Assembly: GCA_002709645.1 (NCBI GenBank)
Contig: PAQG01000049.1
Coordinates: 714-64,713, forward strand
DNA length: 64,000 bases
Direction of reading: 5' to 3'
Source of the DNA: Acidimicrobiaceae bacterium
Lineage (GTDB): Bacteria; Actinomycetota; Acidimicrobiia; Acidimicrobiales; UBA8592
Below are positions 49,818 through 58,427 of the stretch, piece after piece; within the stretch, counting starts at the first letter, position 1; every line of letters starts with the position of its first letter. The position numbers and the translations under genes are program-made. Under the pieces are notes generated by a model. The model made no database searches, was not told the origin of the DNA, and saw only the letters and a list, made by a program, of their open reading frames with translations.

Positions 49818-50519
49818 TTAACTATCAGTAGCACTTTCGTCATCAGAAGAGTTCTGGCAACTCACAATTTCTAAATCAGAAAAATCATTATAGGGAAGAT
49901 CACTAGACCGAGCCCATAGTTGATCTACCGGTGAATCAGGATCTCGAAAAGCTATCCATGTTCCTGAAGCATTTTTACCACTAAGCAAAGCGTTTGGTAG
50001 AGATTCTATCTGCTTTAGCGGTACCCCATCTCCAGCGCATTGGTAAGCATTTATGATATTTGCCTCAGAATTCGTTGGGATTAAAACCCGTTCCGATCCT
50101 GTGTCAGCATCGAATTGATCAAAAAGATAAAAAGCGAGGAAACCTACTCCGACAAGAAGAATAAGGGATGCAAGGGTCCCAACAATTAGCCGTGGCCAAT
50201 CAGTTCCTAAATAGTAATCGTTTGGGTGATAGTAATTCGAAGGCTGGCTTCTTCCCCGCTTTGACTGGATTGGTGTATCTTTGGGAACAGCCGGTCTTCT
50301 AATTGATGGAGGAGTTACCGATGGTTTCGTTGGGTAAAGCCCTCTTCTTTTAGCTCGGATACCCGAGTTTTTCTTATTTGAGGTTTTTAGTGGAGAATCA
50401 GGGTAGAGCCCTTCATCGACACTCTCATCTAAATCAGTGACGCTATCAGGTTCATTCACTGCGAATAGATCATCTATTGGTTCGTTTGTAGCTTCATCAA
50501 ATTGTTCTTTAGATTCCAT
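49818..50519 (-). CDS. Single-pass membrane protein with disordered N-terminus and possible SH3b-like C-terminal domain
   Basis: Acidic and Pro/Lys-rich N-terminus, one TM, GKNASGTWIAFRDP...LWA motif between two Cys. Confidence 0.55.
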   Translation of the reverse strand: MESKEQFDEATNEPIDDLFAVNEPDSVTDLDESVDEGLYPDSPLKTSNKKNSGIRAKRRGLYPTKPSVTPPSIRRPAVPKDTPIQSKRGRSQPSNYYHPNDYYLGTDWPRLIVGTLASLILLVGVGFLAFYLFDQFDADTGSERVLIPTNSEANIINAYQCAGDGVPLKQIESLPNALLSGKNASGTWIAFRDPDSPVDQLWARSSDLPYNDFSDLEIVSCQNSSDDESATDS

Positions 50520-50565
50520 GAAATAGAGTTTTACCTAAAAACACGCTGCTGTTAGGTATAGAGAG

Positions 50566-51033
50566 CTATTCGATCGCTACTATTTTTACTTTGAGGATTC
50601 CACCTGGAGCCTCATACTTAACAATCTGATCAACTTTACTTCCCAAAAGAGCTTCACCAAGTGGGGAAGTGGGAGAAGCAACCTCTGCATCTTCTACCCT
50701 TTCTTCAATAGATCCCAAAAGATATCTTTCTATATCGTCATCTCCTACATACTGGATGGAAACGATAGATCCGGCCTGAACAGTATCGCCACCTCTGGTT
50801 TCATCAACGATTTCAGCATTTTCTAGAATTGATGAAAGGTGAGCGATGCGGCCCTCCATTTTCCCCTGCTCTTCTTTAGCTGCATGGTAATCTCCATTTT
50901 CAGATAGGTCACCTAACTCTCGTGCCGTCTCAATTTTTCGTGCGATATCAATACGACCTGTGGTTGTCAGGAGGGTAAATTCATCTTGGAGACGGTCATA
51001 TGCCGCTTGTGAAAGTTTCTGTACTTGTGTCAT
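50566..51033 (-). CDS. greA: Transcription elongation factor GreA
   Basis: GDLSENGDYHAAK and SP.SPLG.AL motifs. Confidence 0.97.
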   Translation of the reverse strand: MTQVQKLSQAAYDRLQDEFTLLTTTGRIDIARKIETARELGDLSENGDYHAAKEEQGKMEGRIAHLSSILENAEIVDETRGGDTVQAGSIVSIQYVGDDDIERYLLGSIEERVEDAEVASPTSPLGEALLGSKVDQIVKYEAPGGILKVKIVAIE

Positions 51034-51190
51034 AGGGGAAAGGCTACCTTTGTTTTAGCGTTTGCGATTCAGAATTTACCTGCGAGACTGAAGGAGAACG
51101 AAAAAACACAACTAGCGAAACCATTTAATTCCTGTAACACAAAGGGGTTGAAGAAGATCGCTAAAGAAATCTATTAATGAAGGAGATGTT

Positions 51191-52183
51191 GTGGGCCATA
51201 AAATAGGAGTGATCGGAGGAGATGGGATAGGACCTGAAGTTATCAGAGAGGGTCTGAAAGTTATCGCCGCTGCGGGCATAGATCTTGATGTTTTCGAATA
51301 TGACCTAGGTGGAGCTCGTTACCTAAAAGACCAGACCATACTTCCAGATTCAGTTTTGGAGGAATGGAAAGATCTAGACGCTCTGTACTTAGGTGCTGTA
51401 GGAACCCCAGAAGTCCCACCTGGAGTCATCGAAAGAGGCCTTCTTCTTAAAATGCGTTTTGAGCTTGACCTGTACATAAATTTACGCCCATTTGTCGTTG
51501 CGTCCCATGATGATTTTTTTGGCCATGACTTTACTGTTATTCGAGAAAATACTGAGGGGACCTATGCAGGGGAAGGCGGGTTTCTTCGAAAGGGGACAAA
51601 GCATGAGATCGCTACTCAAGGCTCAGTAAATACTAGACATGGTGTTGAGAGATGCATCCGGTTCGCATTTGAACTAGCAGATAGTCGAGAGCGGAAACAC
51701 CTTACACTTGTGCATAAAACAAATGTTTTAACATTTTCAGGCGACCTTTGGGAAAGAGCATTTAAGAGCGTTGCACATGAATTCCCAAATGTAGAAACTG
51801 AATATAACCATGTTGATGCAGCTTGCATTTACATGGTGCAAGACCCTCAACGGTATGACGTGATCGTTACAGATAACCTATTCGGGGATATTCTTACTGA
51901 TTTAGGGGGAGCGGTATCTGGAGGGATAGGTCTGGCTTGCTCAGCGAATCTCAATCCAGAACGGACTTCTCCTTCAATGTTTGAACCGGTACATGGTTCA
52001 GCACCCGATATCGTAGGAACGGGGCAGGCAAACCCAACTGCCGCCATATTGAGTGGAGCATTAATGCTTAATTTTCTTAAAGAAACAGAAGCGGCACAGA
52101 AGATAGAGTTAGCTTGTGCCAACCCTGAAACACAAACTGGAAAAACAACTGAAATTGGTGACGCGATCGCCAATTTGGTTTAG
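51191..52183 (+). CDS. leuB: 3-isopropylmalate dehydrogenase
   Basis: GDGIGPEV, RENTEG, HKTN, NLFGDI.TD and EPVHGSAPDI motifs. Confidence 0.95.
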   Translation: MGHKIGVIGGDGIGPEVIREGLKVIAAAGIDLDVFEYDLGGARYLKDQTILPDSVLEEWKDLDALYLGAVGTPEVPPGVIERGLLLKMRFELDLYINLRPFVVASHDDFFGHDFTVIRENTEGTYAGEGGFLRKGTKHEIATQGSVNTRHGVERCIRFAFELADSRERKHLTLVHKTNVLTFSGDLWERAFKSVAHEFPNVETEYNHVDAACIYMVQDPQRYDVIVTDNLFGDILTDLGGAVSGGIGLACSANLNPERTSPSMFEPVHGSAPDIVGTGQANPTAAILSGALMLNFLKETEAAQKIELACANPETQTGKTTEIGDAIANLV

Positions 52184-52203
52184 GACAAAGAGAAGGTAAA
52201 GAA

Positions 52204-53118
52204 ATGCCGATAGAGCCAACAAAAAGTATCTGGATGAATGGTGAGTTAATACCATGGGAAGATGCGAAAATTCACGTCTTAACACACACGCTTCATTATG
52301 GGACTGGGATCTTTGAAGGGATTCGCGCCTATGAGACAGCAGATGGTCCAGCGATTTTCCGACTTGCAGAACATATGGACCGGCTTATTAATTCTGCGAA
52401 AATTCTCGCTATTCCGATGCCGTACACCTCAGAAGAACTTCAAGAAGCAGCGAAACAAGTTGTCCGTGACTCTGGTCTGGCAAGTTGTTACATCCGCCCA
52501 ATTGCTTACTATGGCTATGGGGAAATGGGTCTTGCGACAACAGACTGCAAAGTAGATGTTGCCATAGCGTGTTGGCCTTGGGGAGCGTACCTAGGTGAAG
52601 ATGCTGCTACTAAAGGTGTACGAATGAAAATATCATCTTGGGTTCGTCACGATCACAACATTATGCCTCCAGCTTCAAAAACAACTGGGAATTACGCAAA
52701 TTCAACGTTGGCGAAAATGGAAGCATTGCAAGCAGGTTATGACGAAGCAATCATGCTCAACAAAGAAGGTTTAGTAGCAGAATGTTCTGGAGAAAATCTT
52801 TTTGTATGCCGTAACGGCAAGATAATGACTCCACCTCTAGTGTCTGGAGCATTAGAAGGGATTACGCAACACACCGTCATGTCGTTCGTGAAAGATTTAG
52901 GTTACGAAGTCACATTTGAAGCTTTAGCACGTTCTGACCTCTACACGGCAGATGAAATATTTGTTGTTGGAACAGCGGCCGAAGTAAGCGCTGTGAACAG
53001 TGTTGATGATCGTCCAGTTCCATGCCCTGGCCCAATAACGCAGCAGGTAGCATCGCTTTACGCAGATACAGTTCGAGGCAAAAACTCAGATTATTCTGAT
53101 TGGTGTGAGGTAGTCTAA
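52204..53118 (+). CDS. ilvE: Branched-chain amino acid aminotransferase
   Basis: LHYG.GIFEGIRAY, YIRP, K.TGNY, E.SGEN, LEGIT and GTAAE motifs. Confidence 0.96.
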   Translation: MPIEPTKSIWMNGELIPWEDAKIHVLTHTLHYGTGIFEGIRAYETADGPAIFRLAEHMDRLINSAKILAIPMPYTSEELQEAAKQVVRDSGLASCYIRPIAYYGYGEMGLATTDCKVDVAIACWPWGAYLGEDAATKGVRMKISSWVRHDHNIMPPASKTTGNYANSTLAKMEALQAGYDEAIMLNKEGLVAECSGENLFVCRNGKIMTPPLVSGALEGITQHTVMSFVKDLGYEVTFEALARSDLYTADEIFVVGTAAEVSAVNSVDDRPVPCPGPITQQVASLYADTVRGKNSDYSDWCEVV

Positions 53119-54728
53119 TGTCGGATACTTATCCGCAATCTGTTGAAATTTATGACACAACTCTTCGCGATGGGAGCCAACTAGAAGGCATTTCACTTAC
53201 AGTTGAAGATAAGTTGCGGATAGCAGAGCAACTTGACATGCTCGGCGTTCATTTCATAGAAGGTGGTTGGCCAGGTGCTAACCCTAAAGACGATGAATTT
53301 TTTCAAAGAGCCCAAAAAGAGCTTCAACTAAAGACATCGCAGTTTGTGGCTTTTGGGTCAACAAGGCGAGCAAAAGGAAAAGTTGATCAAGATCAAACTC
53401 TAGCGAATCTAATATCAGCTAATACAGACGTTGTTTGTATCGTTGGAAAGTGCTGGGATTACCATGTAACAGAAGCACTGCAGACATCGCCTGACGAAGG
53501 TGTCGCAATGGTTGCTGATTCAGTTGAGTATCTAGTAGCAAATGGGAAAAGAGTCTTTTTTGATGCGGAACATTTTTTTGATGGTTATAAGAATAGCCCT
53601 GAATTCTCTCTCCGTGTTCTAGAAGCGGCATCTATCGCGGGAGCTGAACGATTAATTCTTTGTGATACGAATGGTGGATCATTGCCGCAGGATGTTACTA
53701 ATGCGGTAGCAGCAGTTACTGCTCATTTAGATACTGGAGTTGGAGTCCACCTACACAATGACACCGGCTGTGGAGTGGCGAACGCATTAGCTGGTGTAGC
53801 TGCTGGCGCGATACAGGTTCAGGGAACAATCAACGGCTATGGAGAACGTACCGGAAATTGTGATCTAGTCGCGATAATTGCAAATCTCACATTGAAAATG
53901 GGGATAACGACAATACCTGAAGAACGCCTCGATTTGCTCACTCCTGTTAGTCACCATGTCGCAGAATTAGTGAATATAACTCTGAATCCGCAACAGCCAT
54001 ATACAGGTGCTTCTGCTTTTGCACACAAAGCAGGATTGCATGTGAGCGCGATTGCTAGAAGACCAGATGCTTACGAACATATCCCGCCAGAAAGAATAGG
54101 GAATGGAACTCGGTTCCTTGTTTCTGAAATGGCAGGACGCTCAACGCTTGAACTAAAAGCTAAAGAGATTGGGATTGACCTTGATGGGAAAATCCTAGGC
54201 GATGTTGTCGAGACATTAAAGAAACTTGAATATGAGGGATACCACTTTGAAGTAGCGGATGCATCGCTGGAGCTTCTTATGCGGGGGGCAAGCGGGTGGA
54301 CACAAGATTTTTTCAAACTGGAGGAATTCCATGTTGATATGAAACATGTGGGTTCAGGAAGTCGTGCGTGGAATGAAATCTCGGTTGACGTTGATACCCG
54401 AGCTGTAGTGAACCTTTTTGTTGATGGCGAAAGGTTAGTTGGTGTTGGTGATGGGAATGGTCCAGTTAATGCGATTGATACAGCCTTACGTTCAGTACTT
54501 TCAGATACGTACCCAGGGTTAAAAGGAATCTCACTCGTTGATTATAAAGTTCGTGTGCTCGATACTGAAAAAGGCACTGGAGCGATTACGCGTGTTCTGT
54601 TGGATAGTACGAACGGAGAAGAAACATGGACAACTATAGGTGTTTCAGAAAATATTATTGAGGCAAGTTGGCAAGCATTAGTAGACTCCATCGTTTACGG
54701 CTTGCTCCATTCGCCGGTATCAGAATGA
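53118..54728 (+). CDS. cimA: Citramalate synthase
   Basis: DTTLRDG.Q, GGWPGANPKD, DAEHFFDG, CDTNGG, H.HND, HKAG.H and DYKVR motifs. Confidence 0.93.
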   Translation: MSDTYPQSVEIYDTTLRDGSQLEGISLTVEDKLRIAEQLDMLGVHFIEGGWPGANPKDDEFFQRAQKELQLKTSQFVAFGSTRRAKGKVDQDQTLANLISANTDVVCIVGKCWDYHVTEALQTSPDEGVAMVADSVEYLVANGKRVFFDAEHFFDGYKNSPEFSLRVLEAASIAGAERLILCDTNGGSLPQDVTNAVAAVTAHLDTGVGVHLHNDTGCGVANALAGVAAGAIQVQGTINGYGERTGNCDLVAIIANLTLKMGITTIPEERLDLLTPVSHHVAELVNITLNPQQPYTGASAFAHKAGLHVSAIARRPDAYEHIPPERIGNGTRFLVSEMAGRSTLELKAKEIGIDLDGKILGDVVETLKKLEYEGYHFEVADASLELLMRGASGWTQDFFKLEEFHVDMKHVGSGSRAWNEISVDVDTRAVVNLFVDGERLVGVGDGNGPVNAIDTALRSVLSDTYPGLKGISLVDYKVRVLDTEKGTGAITRVLLDSTNGEETWTTIGVSENIIEASWQALVDSIVYGLLHSPVSE

Positions 54729-54744
54729 ATTAGACTAGATATAT

Positions 54745-55281
54745 ATGGCAGTTCCGCGTTATGTCCCAAATCCCGTTCGGCAAATAAAACATTATCGTTC
54801 TGCGAAAAAAACAAACCATGAATCTGGGGTGTTTCGCCCTGCAGAGGTTCTAGAAAACCAGTCTGAGCGGTCAGGGACAGGAAATCCCGGGCCAGATCAA
54901 GGCTTTGCGCTGCTACTTGTGAAAGCTTTCAAAGACCTCGTATCACTTTCCCCGAAAGAAAAATGGGCGGATGCATCCGAAGTTGCTGTTATCACAGCGT
55001 TGAAAAGAGCTTCCTTGTACGGAAGAGCACCTTGTCACTATGACCTTGAAGTTGGATTTAGAGTCTGGGGATACCTGGACCCTGATCCTGACCCTGAACT
55101 GGTAGATCTCAGAATCAATCACTTTCCCCACATTGGCTCAAGTCACAACTACCTAAAGCGAAGGAAAGTAGCTGACGCATTAAGTTCGTCTAAGCTTTGT
55201 CAGTCTCTTGAAATGATTAGACAAAGTTACGAGTCAGATTGGCGAATCCTTATTAACCCAACTGGCCTCCAAGAAAGTTAG
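54745..55281 (+). CDS. Hypothetical protein
   Basis: 178-aa ORF filling the cimA-gltX gap on the same strand; PGPDQGFAL and KRASLYGRAP look motif-like. Confidence 0.7.
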   Translation: MAVPRYVPNPVRQIKHYRSAKKTNHESGVFRPAEVLENQSERSGTGNPGPDQGFALLLVKAFKDLVSLSPKEKWADASEVAVITALKRASLYGRAPCHYDLEVGFRVWGYLDPDPDPELVDLRINHFPHIGSSHNYLKRRKVADALSSSKLCQSLEMIRQSYESDWRILINPTGLQES

Positions 55282-55288
55282 AGGACCT

Positions 55289-56698
55289 TTGGCTTTAGAA
55301 TCACCACGTGTTCGTTTCGCTCCAGCACCATCTGGATACCTCCATGTAGGGTCAGCTCGATCAGCGCTTTTCAATTGGTTGTTTGCCAAAAGATTTAACG
55401 GCACATTCATTCTTCGGATCGAGGACACCAATGCGGATCTCGCCAAACCAGAATTCTATAACGCTATAACTTCGCCTCTTGAATGGCTAGGGTTGCGATG
55501 GGATGAAGGCCCATATTACCAATCTCAAAGGATAGAAAAGTACATTGAGGCGGTAGCGAACCTTATCGATTCAAAACTCGCTTATTGTTGTGAATGCACG
55601 AGAGAAGAAATTGACGAGAGAAATAAAGAAACTGGATTTCGTGGCGGTTACGACGGCTATTGCCGTGACCGTGAAGTACAAGATGGCCCTGGAATTACTA
55701 TTAGATTCATGACCCCAAAGACTGGGATAGTTGAAATAGACGACTTAATTCGAGGGAAAGTGCAATTCCAGAATAGCGAATTAGAAGATTTCGTTATTCG
55801 CCGCGGTAATGGGACACCTGTTTTCCTCATAGCAAATGCGGTAGATGACGCGGATATGAGAATCACTCACGTTATCCGAGGTGAAGATCTTCTTAATACA
55901 ACACCAAAAGTGATTCTATTGTGGGAGGGCCTTGGCTTTGGGGAAGCACCCAAATACGCACATCTTCCACTTCTAGTCGGAGACGATAGGAAAAAACTTT
56001 CCAAACGTCGGCATTCTGTTGCGTTATCAGATTTTCAAAATCAAGGAATTCTCCCTGAGGCGATGATTAACTATCTAGCGTTACTTGGATGGGGACCTCC
56101 AGATGGGAAGGAAATCAGACCGATAGATGAAATGATTGACCTATTTGACCTTGAAAGCGTGAACAAGTCCCCAGCATATTTTGATGAAAAAAAACTAAAA
56201 CATATCAATGGGGAATATCTCCAAGATCTTCTGCCAGAAGATTTTGCGATATTGGCTAACAGCTATTTTGAAAAAATTGGTTGGCAACCGGCGAATTTAA
56301 ACCTAAAAGCATTGACAAATCTCGCCCCCGATTTACAAGAACGAACAGAAATCCTTGCTGATCTTAAGCCACTTGTTGATTGGATTTTTGAAGAAAAAAC
56401 ACCAGAAGAAAAAAATGAGAAAGAGATCAAAAAAATCAATAAGGCGATGCGATCCGAAAAAGTGGTAGAGGTACTCGATCTTGTCATTGAGCAATTACAA
56501 ACTTGTTCATGGGATGAGAAGTCAATCGGGGAAGTAATCAGCGGAGTAAGCGAAGTTCTTAATGCAAGGTCGCAAGTACCTGTCCGCATAGCTGTTACTG
56601 GGCGAAGAGTCGGTTTGCCGTTATATAAGCCCATGGCAATCTTGGATCGGTCACTGATCATAAAGCGGTTGATTGATACAAGGTCAAAGCTAACTTAG
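55289..56698 (+). CDS. gltX: Glutamate--tRNA ligase (likely non-discriminating)
   Basis: RFAPAPSG.LHVG, RIEDT, ITHVIRGED and KLSKR motifs. Confidence 0.97.
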   Translation: MALESPRVRFAPAPSGYLHVGSARSALFNWLFAKRFNGTFILRIEDTNADLAKPEFYNAITSPLEWLGLRWDEGPYYQSQRIEKYIEAVANLIDSKLAYCCECTREEIDERNKETGFRGGYDGYCRDREVQDGPGITIRFMTPKTGIVEIDDLIRGKVQFQNSELEDFVIRRGNGTPVFLIANAVDDADMRITHVIRGEDLLNTTPKVILLWEGLGFGEAPKYAHLPLLVGDDRKKLSKRRHSVALSDFQNQGILPEAMINYLALLGWGPPDGKEIRPIDEMIDLFDLESVNKSPAYFDEKKLKHINGEYLQDLLPEDFAILANSYFEKIGWQPANLNLKALTNLAPDLQERTEILADLKPLVDWIFEEKTPEEKNEKEIKKINKAMRSEKVVEVLDLVIEQLQTCSWDEKSIGEVISGVSEVLNARSQVPVRIAVTGRRVGLPLYKPMAILDRSLIIKRLIDTRSKLT

Positions 56699-56703
56699 GA
56701 ATT

Positions 56704-57375
56704 GTGGTGAAGCTTTCGGAACAAGGTTCAACCGATACGAAACTTTACCCATTTGCCAAGTCTAAACAGGCAAACAAATATGTCAAAGTTTTTTCTACTA
56801 CGTGCCTTGCTTTAATTCTGTTAGGTGTTTCATTTATTTCAATAACCTTTGCTCAGGTATGGTGGCAAAGTACGCGTGACGAAGTACGTGAAGTCAATGC
56901 AGTAGTTGTTCTCGGTGCCGCACAGTGGGATGGGGTTCCTTCTCCTGTCCTTGAGGCTCGTTTGGAACATGCTTTAGATTTGTACGATGCCGGAGTAGCT
57001 CCCTTTATAGTCACCACTGGGTCAAAACAGGGAGGGGACCGATTTACCGAAGCATACGCTGGGCTCACGTATCTTCTTGAACGCTCAGTTCCCGAGAGTG
57101 CAATCCTGGTTGTTATTGATGGGTCAAATACATTTCAGTCGCTAAGCGCTACATCAAATGCTCTTGAGAGGGCTGGAATAGAGAAAAGGGTTCTTCTGGT
57201 CTCCGACCCGTACCATGCACTACGTGCGAAGGAAATAGCTCGAGAGGTTGGGCTGCAACCTTGGTTTTCTCCTACGCAACTTGACAGTTCCTTCAGCCAA
57301 CTTTTTCGAGAAACTATAGGGACTTCTGTGGGGCGGGTAATTGGTTTTCGTAGAGCAAGCACGTTAAGCGAATGA
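56704..57375 (+). CDS. YdcF/DUF218 family membrane protein
   Basis: TM, then VVLGAA, PSPVL.ARL, TEA, VSDPYH..R and RE motifs. Confidence 0.88.
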   Translation: MVKLSEQGSTDTKLYPFAKSKQANKYVKVFSTTCLALILLGVSFISITFAQVWWQSTRDEVREVNAVVVLGAAQWDGVPSPVLEARLEHALDLYDAGVAPFIVTTGSKQGGDRFTEAYAGLTYLLERSVPESAILVVIDGSNTFQSLSATSNALERAGIEKRVLLVSDPYHALRAKEIAREVGLQPWFSPTQLDSSFSQLFRETIGTSVGRVIGFRRASTLSE

Positions 57376-57376
57376 G

Positions 57377-57449
57377 TACCCCGTACGGGATTTGAACCCG
57401 TGCTACCACCTTGAGAGGGTGGCGTCCTAGGCCGCTAGACGAACGGGGC
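57377..57449 (-). tRNA. tRNA-Glu(CTC)
   Basis: Reverse complement GCCCCGTTCGTCTAGCGGCCTAGGACGCCACC-CTCTCAA-GGTGG...GTTCAAATCCCGTACGGGGTA. Confidence 0.97.
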
Positions 57450-57476
57450 AAGAACTTATTATTACTATTCTAGTTG

Positions 57477-57548
57477 CTCGGGGAGGAGGACTTGAACCCC
57501 CAATGACTGGATCAGAACCAGTTGTGTTACCAATTACACCATCCCCGA
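57477..57548 (-). tRNA. tRNA-Gln(CTG)
   Basis: Reverse complement TCGGGGATGGTGTAATTGGTAACACAACTGG-TTCTGAT-CCAGT...GTTCAAGTCCTCCTCCCCGAG; U1:A72 pair. Confidence 0.97.
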
Positions 57549-57619
57549 AAAATCTTTCTTAGGTGATGGATCAGCCTAGCGACATGATCAACTCCAGCCC
57601 AACACTGGAATGCTATTCG

Positions 57620-58228
57620 CTAAATTTTTTTTTGTATCTCTGCTTCTTTTTGGAGAAAATCAAAAGACGTTCCAAATACTGGGCCTGGATCAAATTTCCC
57701 TCTTTTGCCACGTTTTTCAGGGGATACGTATTGTTTTCTTGTTGGATCGTTGGACAAAGGACGCAAAAAGTCTTGAATTTCAGTACATAGGGGACTCAAC
57801 TCCGCTTCAAGAATTTTCTGTATCTGAACCTTTGTTTCAATCGCAGTTGATTCCCCATTTACTAAGAAAGAAAAGTGCGGAGACCATGTTCTATCAATTT
57901 TTTCTTCGTCTGTGAGATTTCTGTAAGTTCCTGACTCTCCAAGATTTTGATCACCTCGGAGAGTCAACCACCATACAAGTACATGTTGGATGTAAGTCGC
58001 TATTAATTGTGGTAATTCGATTGAATAAAAAAACCCGGATTTTTGTGAAGGGCTATGAGTGACTGAAACAGATAGAACTGGCCCAATAGAAAGCTTGGAA
58101 TAGGAAAGAAGCAATTCTGCCATTATTTTCTGGTCATATTTGTTGGATCGTAGCATGTCGCGAAATTGCCAGCGAAAAGGGATATGTTGAGAGTTTCTCT
58201 CTCCTCGTTCGTCTTGTGATTTAGTCAT
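57620..58228 (-). CDS. Hypothetical protein (no recognisable motif)
   Basis: Longest ORF (202 aa) in the tRNA-helicase gap. Confidence 0.5.
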   Translation of the reverse strand: MTKSQDERGERNSQHIPFRWQFRDMLRSNKYDQKIMAELLLSYSKLSIGPVLSVSVTHSPSQKSGFFYSIELPQLIATYIQHVLVWWLTLRGDQNLGESGTYRNLTDEEKIDRTWSPHFSFLVNGESTAIETKVQIQKILEAELSPLCTEIQDFLRPLSNDPTRKQYVSPEKRGKRGKFDPGPVFGTSFDFLQKEAEIQKKI

Positions 58229-58427
58229 TACCGCACAATAAAGGTGTGATGTGACAGGTGACCTTTGGACTGATCACAGGAAGTTCGTGTGTTAGGCGTT
58301 ACCATAGTTGAGCCATAAAGCATCAACTGTTTTGAAGGTTAAATCAATCGAATTGTTGTCTTGAGAGATCCTCAAGATCTGGCGAACAAGCAGTTTCTTT
58401 GCTCAAGTCGAAAATAGGTTAATCAGT

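Noticed and set aside
51034-51190. Leucine attenuator or T-box upstream of leuB
   Set aside because: No Leu-rich leader ORF, T-box motif or terminator hairpin visible.
58229-58258. ECF41/SigJ-like promoter TGTCACA-N16-CGGTA for the ORFan
   Set aside because: The -10 deviates from CGTC and directly abuts the ATG, leaving no room for a TSS.
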